Of a stretch of DNA of 64,000 nucleotides, positions 37,938 to 46,184 are shown in pieces (the first letter of the stretch is position 1; every line of letters begins with the position of its first letter). Source of the DNA: Deltaproteobacteria bacterium GWB2_55_19 (GTDB taxonomy: Bacteria; Desulfobacterota; GWC2-55-46). A program made the position numbers and the translations under genes. The stretch spans positions 95,032 through 159,031 of the forward strand of contig MGPQ01000005.1 in NCBI GenBank assembly GCA_001797465.1, read 5' to 3'. Under the pieces are notes generated by a model, which was not told where the DNA came from, ran no database searches, and saw only the letters and a list, made by a program, of their open reading frames with translations.

Positions 37938-38456
37938 TCACCTCTTTGTCATGATCTCAATCAACGTATCCTTTTCCTCAGGGGTAAGGTAGAGATAATC
38001 CGGCATCGACTCCCCTTCCTGTCTGTCGTTAAGCTCAAGAGGAGCTGCAGTAACGACAGTCCCGAAAAAATTGACCAGAACCGTCTTCTCCACCGTCACC
38101 GGGTCCCCCCAGTCATCCCCATGCCTGATATCGTAATAGAACAGACCTGGTTCACGGTCGTTTTCAGGAATCCTGAACTCAGAGACCATAAGGATATTAT
38201 CAGGGTCTAAACGGGGCTTCCTTACCACCAGACATCCCTTGGTCCCTATCGCCTTTCTGAAGGCATAGACAAGCTCCCCGTTCTCGTTGTTCTCGGGCCC
38301 TTCGACGGCGGCCTGGGTGAGCTCGGGGTATACGCTCGAATAAAACGACCTTACTTCCTCAGGCTTCATATTGACATCCGGGTCCTGAAGGACCATCGAA
38401 TTGTATTTGAAAACCCTCTTTACCTCGGTTACTTCCGCCATTGTTTTCTCCTTCAA
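37938..38456 (-). CDS. hypothetical protein with possible N-terminal beta-grasp/Ubl-like region
   Basis: A 172-aa protein. Residues 1-75 end in ..AFRKAIGTKG, followed by a separate C-terminal region. The Ubl-like assignment is speculative. Confidence 0.3.
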   Translation of the reverse strand: MKEKTMAEVTEVKRVFKYNSMVLQDPDVNMKPEEVRSFYSSVYPELTQAAVEGPENNENGELVYAFRKAIGTKGCLVVRKPRLDPDNILMVSEFRIPENDREPGLFYYDIRHGDDWGDPVTVEKTVLVNFFGTVVTAAPLELNDRQEGESMPDYLYLTPEEKDTLIEIMTKR

Positions 38457-38478
38457 AGATTTTTTGTAGACGAACGCA

Positions 38479-38967
38479 TCAACCGAACAGGGTAGGGATC
38501 AGCGACTCCTTCTTATCCGGCGGAGCAGCGGCTTCCATGTTCTTACCTGACTCCATAGAGTCCTCAGATTCCGTACCATCTGTTTTTTTAGGCGATGGCA
38601 CTGTCCTGGCGGCAGACTTCTTTGCAGATTCCAGCTTCTTGTTGCAGGCTTCCTTCGCCTGTTTAAGCGCCTCTTGAGTGCTGTCGTCCAGTCCCTTCAG
38701 GGCCTCCTCGAAACTGCGCCTTCTGGTGCTATCCTGAGAAAGGATCTCCATGAACTTCCCGTCAAGCTCCTCCGTAGTGGCGGTTATGACAAAAGGCGAC
38801 CTTACCTTTTCGATGGCGTCACCGGCGTCCGTTACGTTGTTCAACTTCTTTTCTGGATATCTGGGATGCACCATGACACACAGCCTGCCGTCCTCGGCAA
38901 CCCTTAATGACAGGAGCAGATCCCCTTTTTCTGGTATCAAACTTTTAATCTCAGAAGCTTTCAGCAT
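38479..38967 (-). CDS. hypothetical protein (162 aa, ends in Gly)
   Basis: An N-terminal folded region is followed by a long charged tail ending ..PTLFG. Confidence 0.3.
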   Translation of the reverse strand: MLKASEIKSLIPEKGDLLLSLRVAEDGRLCVMVHPRYPEKKLNNVTDAGDAIEKVRSPFVITATTEELDGKFMEILSQDSTRRRSFEEALKGLDDSTQEALKQAKEACNKKLESAKKSAARTVPSPKKTDGTESEDSMESGKNMEAAAPPDKKESLIPTLFG

Positions 38968-39221
38968 GTCTTTATTCCTCCCTTTCTTTTATTGGTTGTT
39001 TCATTCTCCTCCACTTTTCTACATCTTATGTGTCTCGCCTTGCCGCTGCCCATTAGGACGGCTTTCGAATAGTCGTCCAGCAGACGGCCGCACTTGTAGC
39101 AGGAAGGAACCTCGAATTTCTCGATCCTGAAGCCAGTTTTGCAGACCGGACAAAAAAATTCGTCATCTCCCCTCCTGTAACGTCTAAATCTCTTGCTTCT
39201 GCAAGCAGGACAAAACACCAT
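38961..39221 (-). CDS. zinc-ribbon protein (start taken at the ATG at 39221 after AAGGAGGTGG)
   Basis: The motifs CPACRSK...CPVCK...CYKCG are present. The longer table ORF would start inside the intergenic element hairpin. Confidence 0.4.
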   Translation of the reverse strand: MVFCPACRSKRFRRYRRGDDEFFCPVCKTGFRIEKFEVPSCYKCGRLLDDYSKAVLMGSGKARHIRCRKVEENETTNKRKGGIKTC

Positions 39222-39244
39222 CCACCTCCTTTTTGATTTTCTTC

Positions 39245-39328
39245 GAAATAAAAAAAGCCACAGGAAAAAACTTCCCATGGCTTTATGTTCGTGATACCTA
39301 CTGAAAAAACTACATATCTATATATTAT
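39245..39328 (-). repeat. conserved intergenic element, copy 7
   Basis: It has the hairpin AGCCACAGGAAAAAACTTCCCATGGCT plus the core. Confidence 0.75.
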
Positions 39329-39336
39329 CTCTTTTA

Positions 39337-41526
39337 CTAAAGAAGTATCTTTGAATCAGCGGCGTCCTGCACATCAGGCGACTGGGAGATAAAAAACTCC
39401 ACATCGTACCCGCCAAGTTCAATGACCCGCTTCTTCATGGCGATAAACTCCTTTTTACGCCTAAAATCCAGCGCTCCGTCCTTCTCGTCGGTAAAAAGTG
39501 CCTGATACCTGCGACCGCTTCTCTGCGCGTTGTAAAGTGATATCGCCCTGGTCACGGCCTCTTCAATCCAGACCTTCTCCCCGCCACTCATCGTCTTAAG
39601 GCTCTTGGATTCGTCTCTTTCCGAGTCATAGACGGTTATGTCAAAGGTCTCTTTAGTCCCCTTCCCGTCGGCCTTGACAGCCTGGGTATCTATCTTTACG
39701 CTGAACCTCGTGCCGAAACAGCTCGCAAGGAGATCATTGGCTGATGAACTTATAGCGGGACCGGCATCGTCTATCTCCAAAGCGATGACGCCGTCGTTCC
39801 CGAAGGCCCTCTCCAGCAAGGCCCATTCCGAAACCTCCGCGTTCACGAATGATAAACGGTCATCCAAGGTCTTAATCTCTTTTATAGCCGCTTCTCCATC
39901 GGCCAGCTTTTTCTCGACACCCCCAAGGAGCTTCTTTATGTCATTGAGCTTCTCGATATATTCCTGGCGCTTCGATTTCAAAATGCCAAGTTCCCGTTCC
40001 TTCTCCTTGACCTTTGCAAGTGGATTCTCGCCGGCAAGGAAAGACCCCAATTCGGCCTTCAGGTTCTTAAGCTCGACATCGAGCCCGGGATACATAGATT
40101 CGGCAAACTCCACCTCCGGCAGACTCTTTCCCAGTTCGCCTGCCTTTCTTATCACCGTCTCGACCTCGATAATCTCCTTTGAGAGACTCTGCTTTTTCCT
40201 GACCGCGTCCAGTAACTCAACCTGGGCTTCCTTGAGCTTTAAAAGTTGAGGTTCCAGTTGTCTAATCTCTTTCCGCAGTCCCGCATCCTTACCGGGAGCT
40301 GCGCCGGAGGCCTGCAGTCTGGAGATCATCTCCGGGATAGACTTCTGGGCCTTCACCGCGTTTTTAAGGAGCGGACACCTATTATGATGTTCCGTTCCAC
40401 ACGGAACATCGCCAAGAAGCCCGGCGGTCTCCTTCGCTAGACGGAGGTCCTTTTTCAACACTTCTTCCGAGTGCTTTTGTACCAGAAGAAGCTCATCAAG
40501 GGACTTCCTTAGCAAAAGGAGTTTCCTTTCAGCTTCCCGGCCAGCCTGTTCCCTCTCCCGCAGCCCTGTTAAGGCGGTTTCGAGAGAGGCCATCTCTTTC
40601 TTAAGGAGCTCGGCCTTGCATTGATACCGTTTCAGTTCCGCCGAAGCGTCCTTGACGGTCTGAGCCCTGGACAGAATACCCTTCATCTTGTCTATTTTCC
40701 CTGCAACCTCCCTGATCCTAGCTTCTATGGAGCCGCGTTCTTCAAGTGACCTGGCATAAAGGGCTGCCTGAGCCTCTATATGCCTAAGCTCTACCTGCTT
40801 TCCCTCTATTCCGTCCTCGGCCAACCTTAATTCCTTTTCAAGGTCCATGTTCACAGTTTTAAGCCTCTCGGCTTCGGCATCGGCTTTTTTCGATTCGTCA
40901 ATTACCGCCGTAAGCCTCTCCTTCTCGCGCCTCAGCCATTCAGTATCCTTCAAAAAGCCTTCCTTTCTCTCCTTCGCCTTCTGACCCTTGGCTTTCAGCG
41001 ACTCTATACCGAGCAGTTCGACAAAGATGTCCTTTATCTCTCCTCTGGTGTAATCGCTCAGCCTCGGCGCGTCCTGACAACGGAAGACGCTTGTAAAAAA
41101 GAGCTGCGGAGAGCCCAGCAGGTTCTCTACCGTCTGATCATAAGTATCGGTCTTGCCGTCACTGAGGGCTTTCCATTCGCTCTCCGCCTCTTCATACAGG
41201 TATGCCTCCTGCTTCTTTCTTTCGACGTCAATAAGCAAAAGGCTCCTGTATCTGCGTCCGTTCAGCTCGAAGACGAACTCCTTGGAAGCGTCGCTCCCGT
41301 AACAGTCGTTATAGTAGCTGAATGCCCTGGAAGAATAGCTCCCTGCGCGGTACGGCATAATGCGGTAAGGATGAAGATTATCCAGCACCGTGGTCTTCCC
41401 GGAACCGTTCGGACCTGCTACGGCCACGAGGCCCGTACATGCTGAAAAATTGACCTCCAACTCGTCTTTTCCAGAACCCGACCTCACGCCTTTAAATCCT
41501 TTAAGTTTCAAGTACATGGGCCTCAT
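39337..41526 (-). CDS. sbcC: SbcC/Rad50-like SMC-type ATPase
   Basis: The N-terminal Walker A is GPNGSGKTTVLD. There is a long coiled-coil middle section. The C-terminus has the ABC signature MSGGEK and a Walker B LFTDE. Confidence 0.8.
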   Translation of the reverse strand: MRPMYLKLKGFKGVRSGSGKDELEVNFSACTGLVAVAGPNGSGKTTVLDNLHPYRIMPYRAGSYSSRAFSYYNDCYGSDASKEFVFELNGRRYRSLLLIDVERKKQEAYLYEEAESEWKALSDGKTDTYDQTVENLLGSPQLFFTSVFRCQDAPRLSDYTRGEIKDIFVELLGIESLKAKGQKAKERKEGFLKDTEWLRREKERLTAVIDESKKADAEAERLKTVNMDLEKELRLAEDGIEGKQVELRHIEAQAALYARSLEERGSIEARIREVAGKIDKMKGILSRAQTVKDASAELKRYQCKAELLKKEMASLETALTGLREREQAGREAERKLLLLRKSLDELLLVQKHSEEVLKKDLRLAKETAGLLGDVPCGTEHHNRCPLLKNAVKAQKSIPEMISRLQASGAAPGKDAGLRKEIRQLEPQLLKLKEAQVELLDAVRKKQSLSKEIIEVETVIRKAGELGKSLPEVEFAESMYPGLDVELKNLKAELGSFLAGENPLAKVKEKERELGILKSKRQEYIEKLNDIKKLLGGVEKKLADGEAAIKEIKTLDDRLSFVNAEVSEWALLERAFGNDGVIALEIDDAGPAISSSANDLLASCFGTRFSVKIDTQAVKADGKGTKETFDITVYDSERDESKSLKTMSGGEKVWIEEAVTRAISLYNAQRSGRRYQALFTDEKDGALDFRRKKEFIAMKKRVIELGGYDVEFFISQSPDVQDAADSKILL

Positions 41527-41541
41527 CCCATTACCTCCTTT

Positions 41542-41805
41542 CTACGGATACCAGTCAAAATGACAACCACAGAGATTCCCATTCTCCACCTCCACCATTA
41601 CCTTCCCAGGAAAGCTCAACTCTGCATGGAAATAATGGGAATTAAATCTCCCAGCCCCTGTCTCGTCGTGCCTGGCGCATGGATAGTAGTACCCGATCCT
41701 GCCCCCAAACGCAGGCAGGAATTCCCTGCTTAGCCATTCCCTCAGGCTACCTTCTATTTTTCTCTCTATTATTCTGAATGTCTCAATCATCAAACCTCCT
41801 TGCAA
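41542..41805 (-). CDS. hypothetical protein (87 aa)
   Basis: An ORF with an AAGGAGG RBS. Confidence 0.35.
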   Translation of the reverse strand: MQGGLMIETFRIIERKIEGSLREWLSREFLPAFGGRIGYYYPCARHDETGAGRFNSHYFHAELSFPGKVMVEVENGNLCGCHFDWYP

Positions 41806-41957
41806 CTCAAAAGCCGATCCGGGTGGTTATAACAAAACCCATAAACAGTAAACCTATCAGAATGCACCCGGCTGCAAAAATCTCAAGAGTTAGCAATGCC
41901 AAATTACGACCTCCTTTCTTTATATTTAAGTTATTTGCCGCCTTCTTTTTGTTTTCA

Positions 41958-42041
41958 TGAAATAAAAAAAGCCACAGGAAAAGTTCCCGTGGCTTTATGT
42001 TCGTAAGACCTACTGAAAAAATTACATGTCTATATATTACC
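41958..42041 (-). repeat. conserved intergenic element, copy 8
   Basis: It has the hairpin GCCACAGGAAAAGTTCCCGTGGC plus the core. A possible 31-codon hydrophobic small ORF (TTG start after AAGGAGG) follows on the minus strand at about 41917-41822. Confidence 0.75.
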
Positions 42042-42046
42042 TGCTT

Positions 42047-43222
42047 TTACACCGCCAAGGCTTCGGCCCGCTGTGTCTCTTCGCAAACATCCTCCCCATG
42101 TTCAAGCAGAGCGAGCTTCTTGAAAGCGCCTTCCGGAAGGTCTTCTCCTACCGTCTCGGCCCACTTCCTCAACTTATCGTCGAGGGAGGCAAGCCTTGAG
42201 ATACCCTCGGCCCTAACCCTCTGCCTGGGGACCACCGTCTTTTCTATCTTTATTTCGGCGGCTCCCATGGCTGCAAGCTTTTCCTTCAGGACCTTTTCAT
42301 CCACCATATGCACCTCTTCCTCCGATACCTGATATCTGAGCCGCACGCAAGCCCCTTCAGGGACATGCTCCAGAACATCAGGAGAAGGCGGGGCATCACA
42401 GTCTACCGTCACCATCTCTCTTGCGGGCGTCTTTATGAACCGGGAGGCTACCTTTCTGGCCTCGAAGCTATGTATCCAGAACCCCTTGTCCTCTGCCTCG
42501 CCAAAGTTCAGGCGTGTTATAGAGCCGGAGTAAAAGACCTCCCCCCAATTTTGAGCCTTATGAATATGGCCGAGGCAGACAAGGTCAGCCGCTGCCATCC
42601 GCAGGTCCCCAACACCGAGTTCCACTTCCCTGCCTACCATCTGCTGTCCAGTGGAAAGTATAGCGCCGGTCACGCTCAGATGACCGACAAGCACAGTCGG
42701 GATGTTCATTCTCACCCTTGTGTTGACCTCGCCCCAGCCCCTCAGGACATCGCGCATCAGCTCCACCGTGTTGAACGAAGTCTCGGAAAGGCTCCCTTTG
42801 TAAAAAGCCGCAATGGAAGCCTTGGAAACCGACGGCAGACACGAAAAAAGAGCTCCAGCATCCCCGGGAACAGTGCCGTTATACTTAATGAACCCCCTTG
42901 CAGTCAAAAGAACCTGCTCGGGCGCCTCTGATATATAGACCCTCTCGTTTTCAAAGAACTTGAGGGTCTGTCCGTCATGAGAAGGCGTGCCCTTTACGAT
43001 AAGAACCGGAGCAGTCCTCGAGAGTCGGCGTATATACCGGTCCGCAGTGAGAAAGGCCGGACTGTCATAGGTCTGCCTCTCATCGAATATATCTCCGGCT
43101 ATTACGATCGCATCCGGCCTGACAGACGATTCAGCCCTTTTTGCTGCAAAATCGACGCATTTTTCTATCTCCGCAAGCAGGTCGTTCCTGAAGTGGATAT
43201 CCCCTAAGTGTAAAATCATCAT
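42047..43222 (-). CDS. sbcD: SbcD/Mre11-like metallophosphoesterase nuclease (start at MMILHLGDIHF)
   Basis: The calcineurin-like motifs LHLGDIHF and IAGDIFDE are present. It is paired with sbcC. A GGGAGA RBS lies before the internal ATG at 43222. Confidence 0.8.
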   Translation of the reverse strand: MMILHLGDIHFRNDLLAEIEKCVDFAAKRAESSVRPDAIVIAGDIFDERQTYDSPAFLTADRYIRRLSRTAPVLIVKGTPSHDGQTLKFFENERVYISEAPEQVLLTARGFIKYNGTVPGDAGALFSCLPSVSKASIAAFYKGSLSETSFNTVELMRDVLRGWGEVNTRVRMNIPTVLVGHLSVTGAILSTGQQMVGREVELGVGDLRMAAADLVCLGHIHKAQNWGEVFYSGSITRLNFGEAEDKGFWIHSFEARKVASRFIKTPAREMVTVDCDAPPSPDVLEHVPEGACVRLRYQVSEEEVHMVDEKVLKEKLAAMGAAEIKIEKTVVPRQRVRAEGISRLASLDDKLRKWAETVGEDLPEGAFKKLALLEHGEDVCEETQRAEALAV

Positions 43223-43376
43223 TTCTTTGTCTCCCTCATAAGTTTTTCCCATGCCACCGCAAGCCTCTTGGAATGAACCGATGAGACCCAAAACCATATA
43301 ATACTGCGGTCTGCACCAGGATCTGAGAATCGGGATAGTACGCTCCTGAGTTTTTTTAGCATAACGGCTCCATACG

Positions 43377-44270
43377 TCAGGCCGCCGCGGTTGTCGAGTT
43401 ACTACCGATAGAGACTGAAGGCTCCACTAACCCGATGAGCCTATCGGAAATCTTCCGCATCTTTTCCCCAGCCGAAAGAACCTCCTTCATCTCCCCTCTG
43501 GCCCAACTGGCGATGTATGGGACCGAATAGCCCGAAGAATTGAGGCCGAAATGGGCCGAGACAATATAGGCGGCTCCCTCGGCGATCAGTTCTTCGCGGT
43601 TCCGGTCGATTCCGGCTTTCCCGTTCTCCTCCAAAGACAGATGATGCGCAAGCTCGTGAAGAAGCGTCTTACATCTCTGCTCGGACGTAAGGGCGTCGGA
43701 TAGAACTATCTTCTTTTCTTTCGGCAGATAGTACCCGTTCGAATCTCCGATTATTTCTTCGTAATCAACCGGCACTGGCGAAGCCCCAAGAATCCTCTTG
43801 AAAAGATCCTCGGCATCGCCGATGTCCATGCATGGCCTTCCGATCTCAAGCTCCGGAAGCGGTTTCCCTTCGGTCTGGGAAACGTCAAAGACGTAGACGC
43901 CCTTAAAGCCAGCCAAAGTCTGCATTTCCTTTCCCTGAGCCGATTCAGTCGCTTCAACCGATTCGGCCGTTACATCAGGGCCAGAGTTTTCATCCGACTT
44001 GACAGCCTTCTTTACTTTCTTGAGAAAAGGCGCGAAAATCATAATCCCTTTCTCTCCTTTCCTTACAGTCCTGCCCAACGAGTTCCAGAACCTCATACCG
44101 GCGACCCGTGTGGCATTGGGGCGTTGCGTCCAGATTAGCAGGACATTCCCGAAGCTGTACTTTCTGAACTTTGACGAAAAGCGTAGAAAGTCCGTGAAGC
44201 TTTTGGACTCGATGAGCTTTTTAACCCCTTCCAGGAGTTTTTCCTGATATTCCTTGACCTTAATTACCAT
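43377..44270 (-). CDS. ardC: ArdC-like antirestriction protein (ssDNA-binding N-domain + HExxH metalloprotease C-domain)
   Basis: The ArdC-N pattern YSFGNVLLIWTQ..ATRVAGMRFWNSLGRTVRKGEKGIMIFAP is present. The C-terminus has LLHELAHH. Confidence 0.75.
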   Translation of the reverse strand: MVIKVKEYQEKLLEGVKKLIESKSFTDFLRFSSKFRKYSFGNVLLIWTQRPNATRVAGMRFWNSLGRTVRKGEKGIMIFAPFLKKVKKAVKSDENSGPDVTAESVEATESAQGKEMQTLAGFKGVYVFDVSQTEGKPLPELEIGRPCMDIGDAEDLFKRILGASPVPVDYEEIIGDSNGYYLPKEKKIVLSDALTSEQRCKTLLHELAHHLSLEENGKAGIDRNREELIAEGAAYIVSAHFGLNSSGYSVPYIASWARGEMKEVLSAGEKMRKISDRLIGLVEPSVSIGSNSTTAAA

Positions 44271-44368
44271 CCTCTCCTCCTTTCAAAACAAAGCCCCGGA
44301 AACCATGAGGAACCAAAAGGTTCAAGGGTCTTCCAGGGCTGTAAGTTAAAAATCGGGTGATGCGTCCT

Positions 44369-45016
44369 TTACTCGTCGACCAGATGTATCGGCGCTCCTT
44401 CTGCAAGGGCTTTCTTCACCCTGTCGTCCGCCATTTTGTTTTCAGGCATGACATACTCGAAATGGGCAAAGGGCAGCCAGAGAAAAGTTCCAGCCGAATA
44501 CTTGGGCCGGTAATTGTTCACCATCCGCGGCACGTTATAGGTGGTAGATCCGATTTTTCTAAAGTATTTTTCGTCCTGAAGTTCAGCATCGACAAAGAAG
44601 TAAAGGCTTCGTAAGCAGAACTCCCCACCCTTTTCGTGCGTGGGTATGTCTTTCGGACACCGGTCGACAGACTCCTTTGTTTCATCGACAAGAGCTTTTG
44701 GATGTATGAAAAACATCCTCGACTGAAACGGTGTCACTCCGGACCAGTCGAAATTGACAGGTACCCTTTTAGATACCCCGAGATACCTCGTCTCCTCGAT
44801 GAAATCCGGACAGAAGGGATAGAACTCCTGCCCGACCCAGAATATGAGGTCCTTGACGCCGTTTCTCTCCTGCACCAGAGGGGCCCTGAAAGGGTCGCCG
44901 TTATACGGCAGCGGCGGGTCAATCAGAAAATGCTCGATAGGCTCGCCGTATGGAGAAGTGCCACAACAGGCATATAGACCTCCTTTTACCCTCTTTCCGC
45001 ATCCTCTCGTCGTCAT
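44369..45016 (-). CDS. hypothetical protein (215 aa)
   Basis: An ORF that overlaps the parB-like stop by 4 nt. Confidence 0.35.
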   Translation of the reverse strand: MTTRGCGKRVKGGLYACCGTSPYGEPIEHFLIDPPLPYNGDPFRAPLVQERNGVKDLIFWVGQEFYPFCPDFIEETRYLGVSKRVPVNFDWSGVTPFQSRMFFIHPKALVDETKESVDRCPKDIPTHEKGGEFCLRSLYFFVDAELQDEKYFRKIGSTTYNVPRMVNNYRPKYSAGTFLWLPFAHFEYVMPENKMADDRVKKALAEGAPIHLVDE

Positions 45017-45729
45017 GAATATTGGACCTCCTTTTTCAAAAATCCCCTTATTACGTCCACGGCGTTCTTTACATCTTCCGACAGTGGATGACCGGTTGAC
45101 ATCTTCGCGACCACCAACTCAAAGTCCAAAACCAGCTGATCGCACCCTTCCTCAACCGGAATCAGCGAGAGTAACGATGAAAGATTATGCTTAACCTTCC
45201 TCTGGTGCACATCCTCTTTCGTAATCTCTCCACTTAAGACGAGCTCCTTCTGAGCCTCTTTCGGCAACCGAGAAAGCTCAAAGGCGGTCGATGCGTTGAC
45301 CTCCCCCGATTTGACCTTGTTGAGCGCCTCTTTGCAAAGGTTCAACAGCCTAAAGTGCTTCTTGAGCTGCGTCCTGGAAAGACACAGCCTGTCGGCTATC
45401 TCCTGCTGCGTATAGCCGGACTTGATACAGAGCCTGATCTTATCGACTTCGTAAGCCAGGTTCGGTGACCGTTGAAGGTTCAACATCACCCCGAGAAGAT
45501 CAGAGTCATTCTCCCCTTCCTCCATGATTATCGCCGGGACCGTCTCAAGACCAAGATTCCTTGCGGCCTGGATCCTGCGGCGCCCATCGATAACCTCATA
45601 CCCATGCCCGTTTTTGTTGATCATTATTGGAACCCTGATACCGACTTCCTTGATGCTCTCTACAAACTTCGTTCCGGGCAGACACGTCTCAGTTCTTATG
45701 TCCACTACGTTGACTTCCCTTACCTCCAT
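45013..45729 (-). CDS. ParB/Spo0J-like nuclease-fold DNA-binding protein
   Basis: The ParB N-domain GRRR motif (VIDGRRRIQAA) is present. It is the first gene after the most upstream intergenic element copy. Confidence 0.7.
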   Translation of the reverse strand: MEVREVNVVDIRTETCLPGTKFVESIKEVGIRVPIMINKNGHGYEVIDGRRRIQAARNLGLETVPAIIMEEGENDSDLLGVMLNLQRSPNLAYEVDKIRLCIKSGYTQQEIADRLCLSRTQLKKHFRLLNLCKEALNKVKSGEVNASTAFELSRLPKEAQKELVLSGEITKEDVHQRKVKHNLSSLLSLIPVEEGCDQLVLDFELVVAKMSTGHPLSEDVKNAVDVIRGFLKKEVQYS

Positions 45730-45758
45730 ACTCCTTACACCTCCTTTTTGTGGTTTTT

Positions 45759-45842
45759 AAAATAAAAAAAGCCACAAGAACGAATTCTCGTGGCTTTTGT
45801 TCGTAAAGGCCTACTGAAAAAATTACATACTCATATATTACC
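45759..45842 (-). repeat. conserved intergenic element, copy 9 (most upstream)
   Basis: It has the hairpin GCCACAAGAACGAATTCTCGTGGC plus the core TTTTGTTCGTAAAGGCCTACTGAAAAAATTACATACTCATATATTACC. Confidence 0.7.
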
Positions 45843-46120
45843 CCTCCCACAGGCTTTTACTGCCTGAACAACTCTTAACAGGCTAAGCTGATCATCTACC
45901 TCTTAGGGCGCCTGAGCTGACTCCCTCTATCAACCTATCCTCATCGAAGAACAACATCCTTTTCCGTCTTTAGATGAAGAAATCTTAAACATTACCCCTC
46001 TACTGTCCAGTGCTCTATTTTCAGAAACGACTCATTCGGGATCTTTTTTATTAGATGGGGTTTTCAAAAATCAAGGATGTATGAGAAGCACAGATAGGGG
46101 GGTAGAATGCGATAAGGCAG

Positions 46121-46174
46121 TACGAAGGTTGGATCGGGAATTGTACTAATTTTGTATTAGAATTGGCGGCTGTC
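46121..46174 (+). repeat. direct repeat DR-L (left boundary of the metal-resistance island)
   Basis: GGGAATTGTACTAATTTTGTATTAGAATTGGCGGCTGTC is nearly identical to the copy at 58695-58734. Confidence 0.6.
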
Positions 46175-46184
46175 TTCTAACCGA

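Noticed and set aside
19223-45842. Whether the repeated hairpin-containing intergenic elements form a CRISPR array
   Set aside because: Copies are 1-6 kb apart, irregularly spaced, ~85 nt long and separated by full protein-coding genes. No short regular repeat-spacer periodicity exists.
7963-45842. Prophage interpretation of the 38-kb block
   Set aside because: No terminase, portal, capsid, tail, holin/endolysin or integrase genes are recognisable. The content is replication, anti-restriction and defence type, so a plasmid/ICE leading-region or phage-plasmid early region fits better. Virion genes could still lie outside the window.
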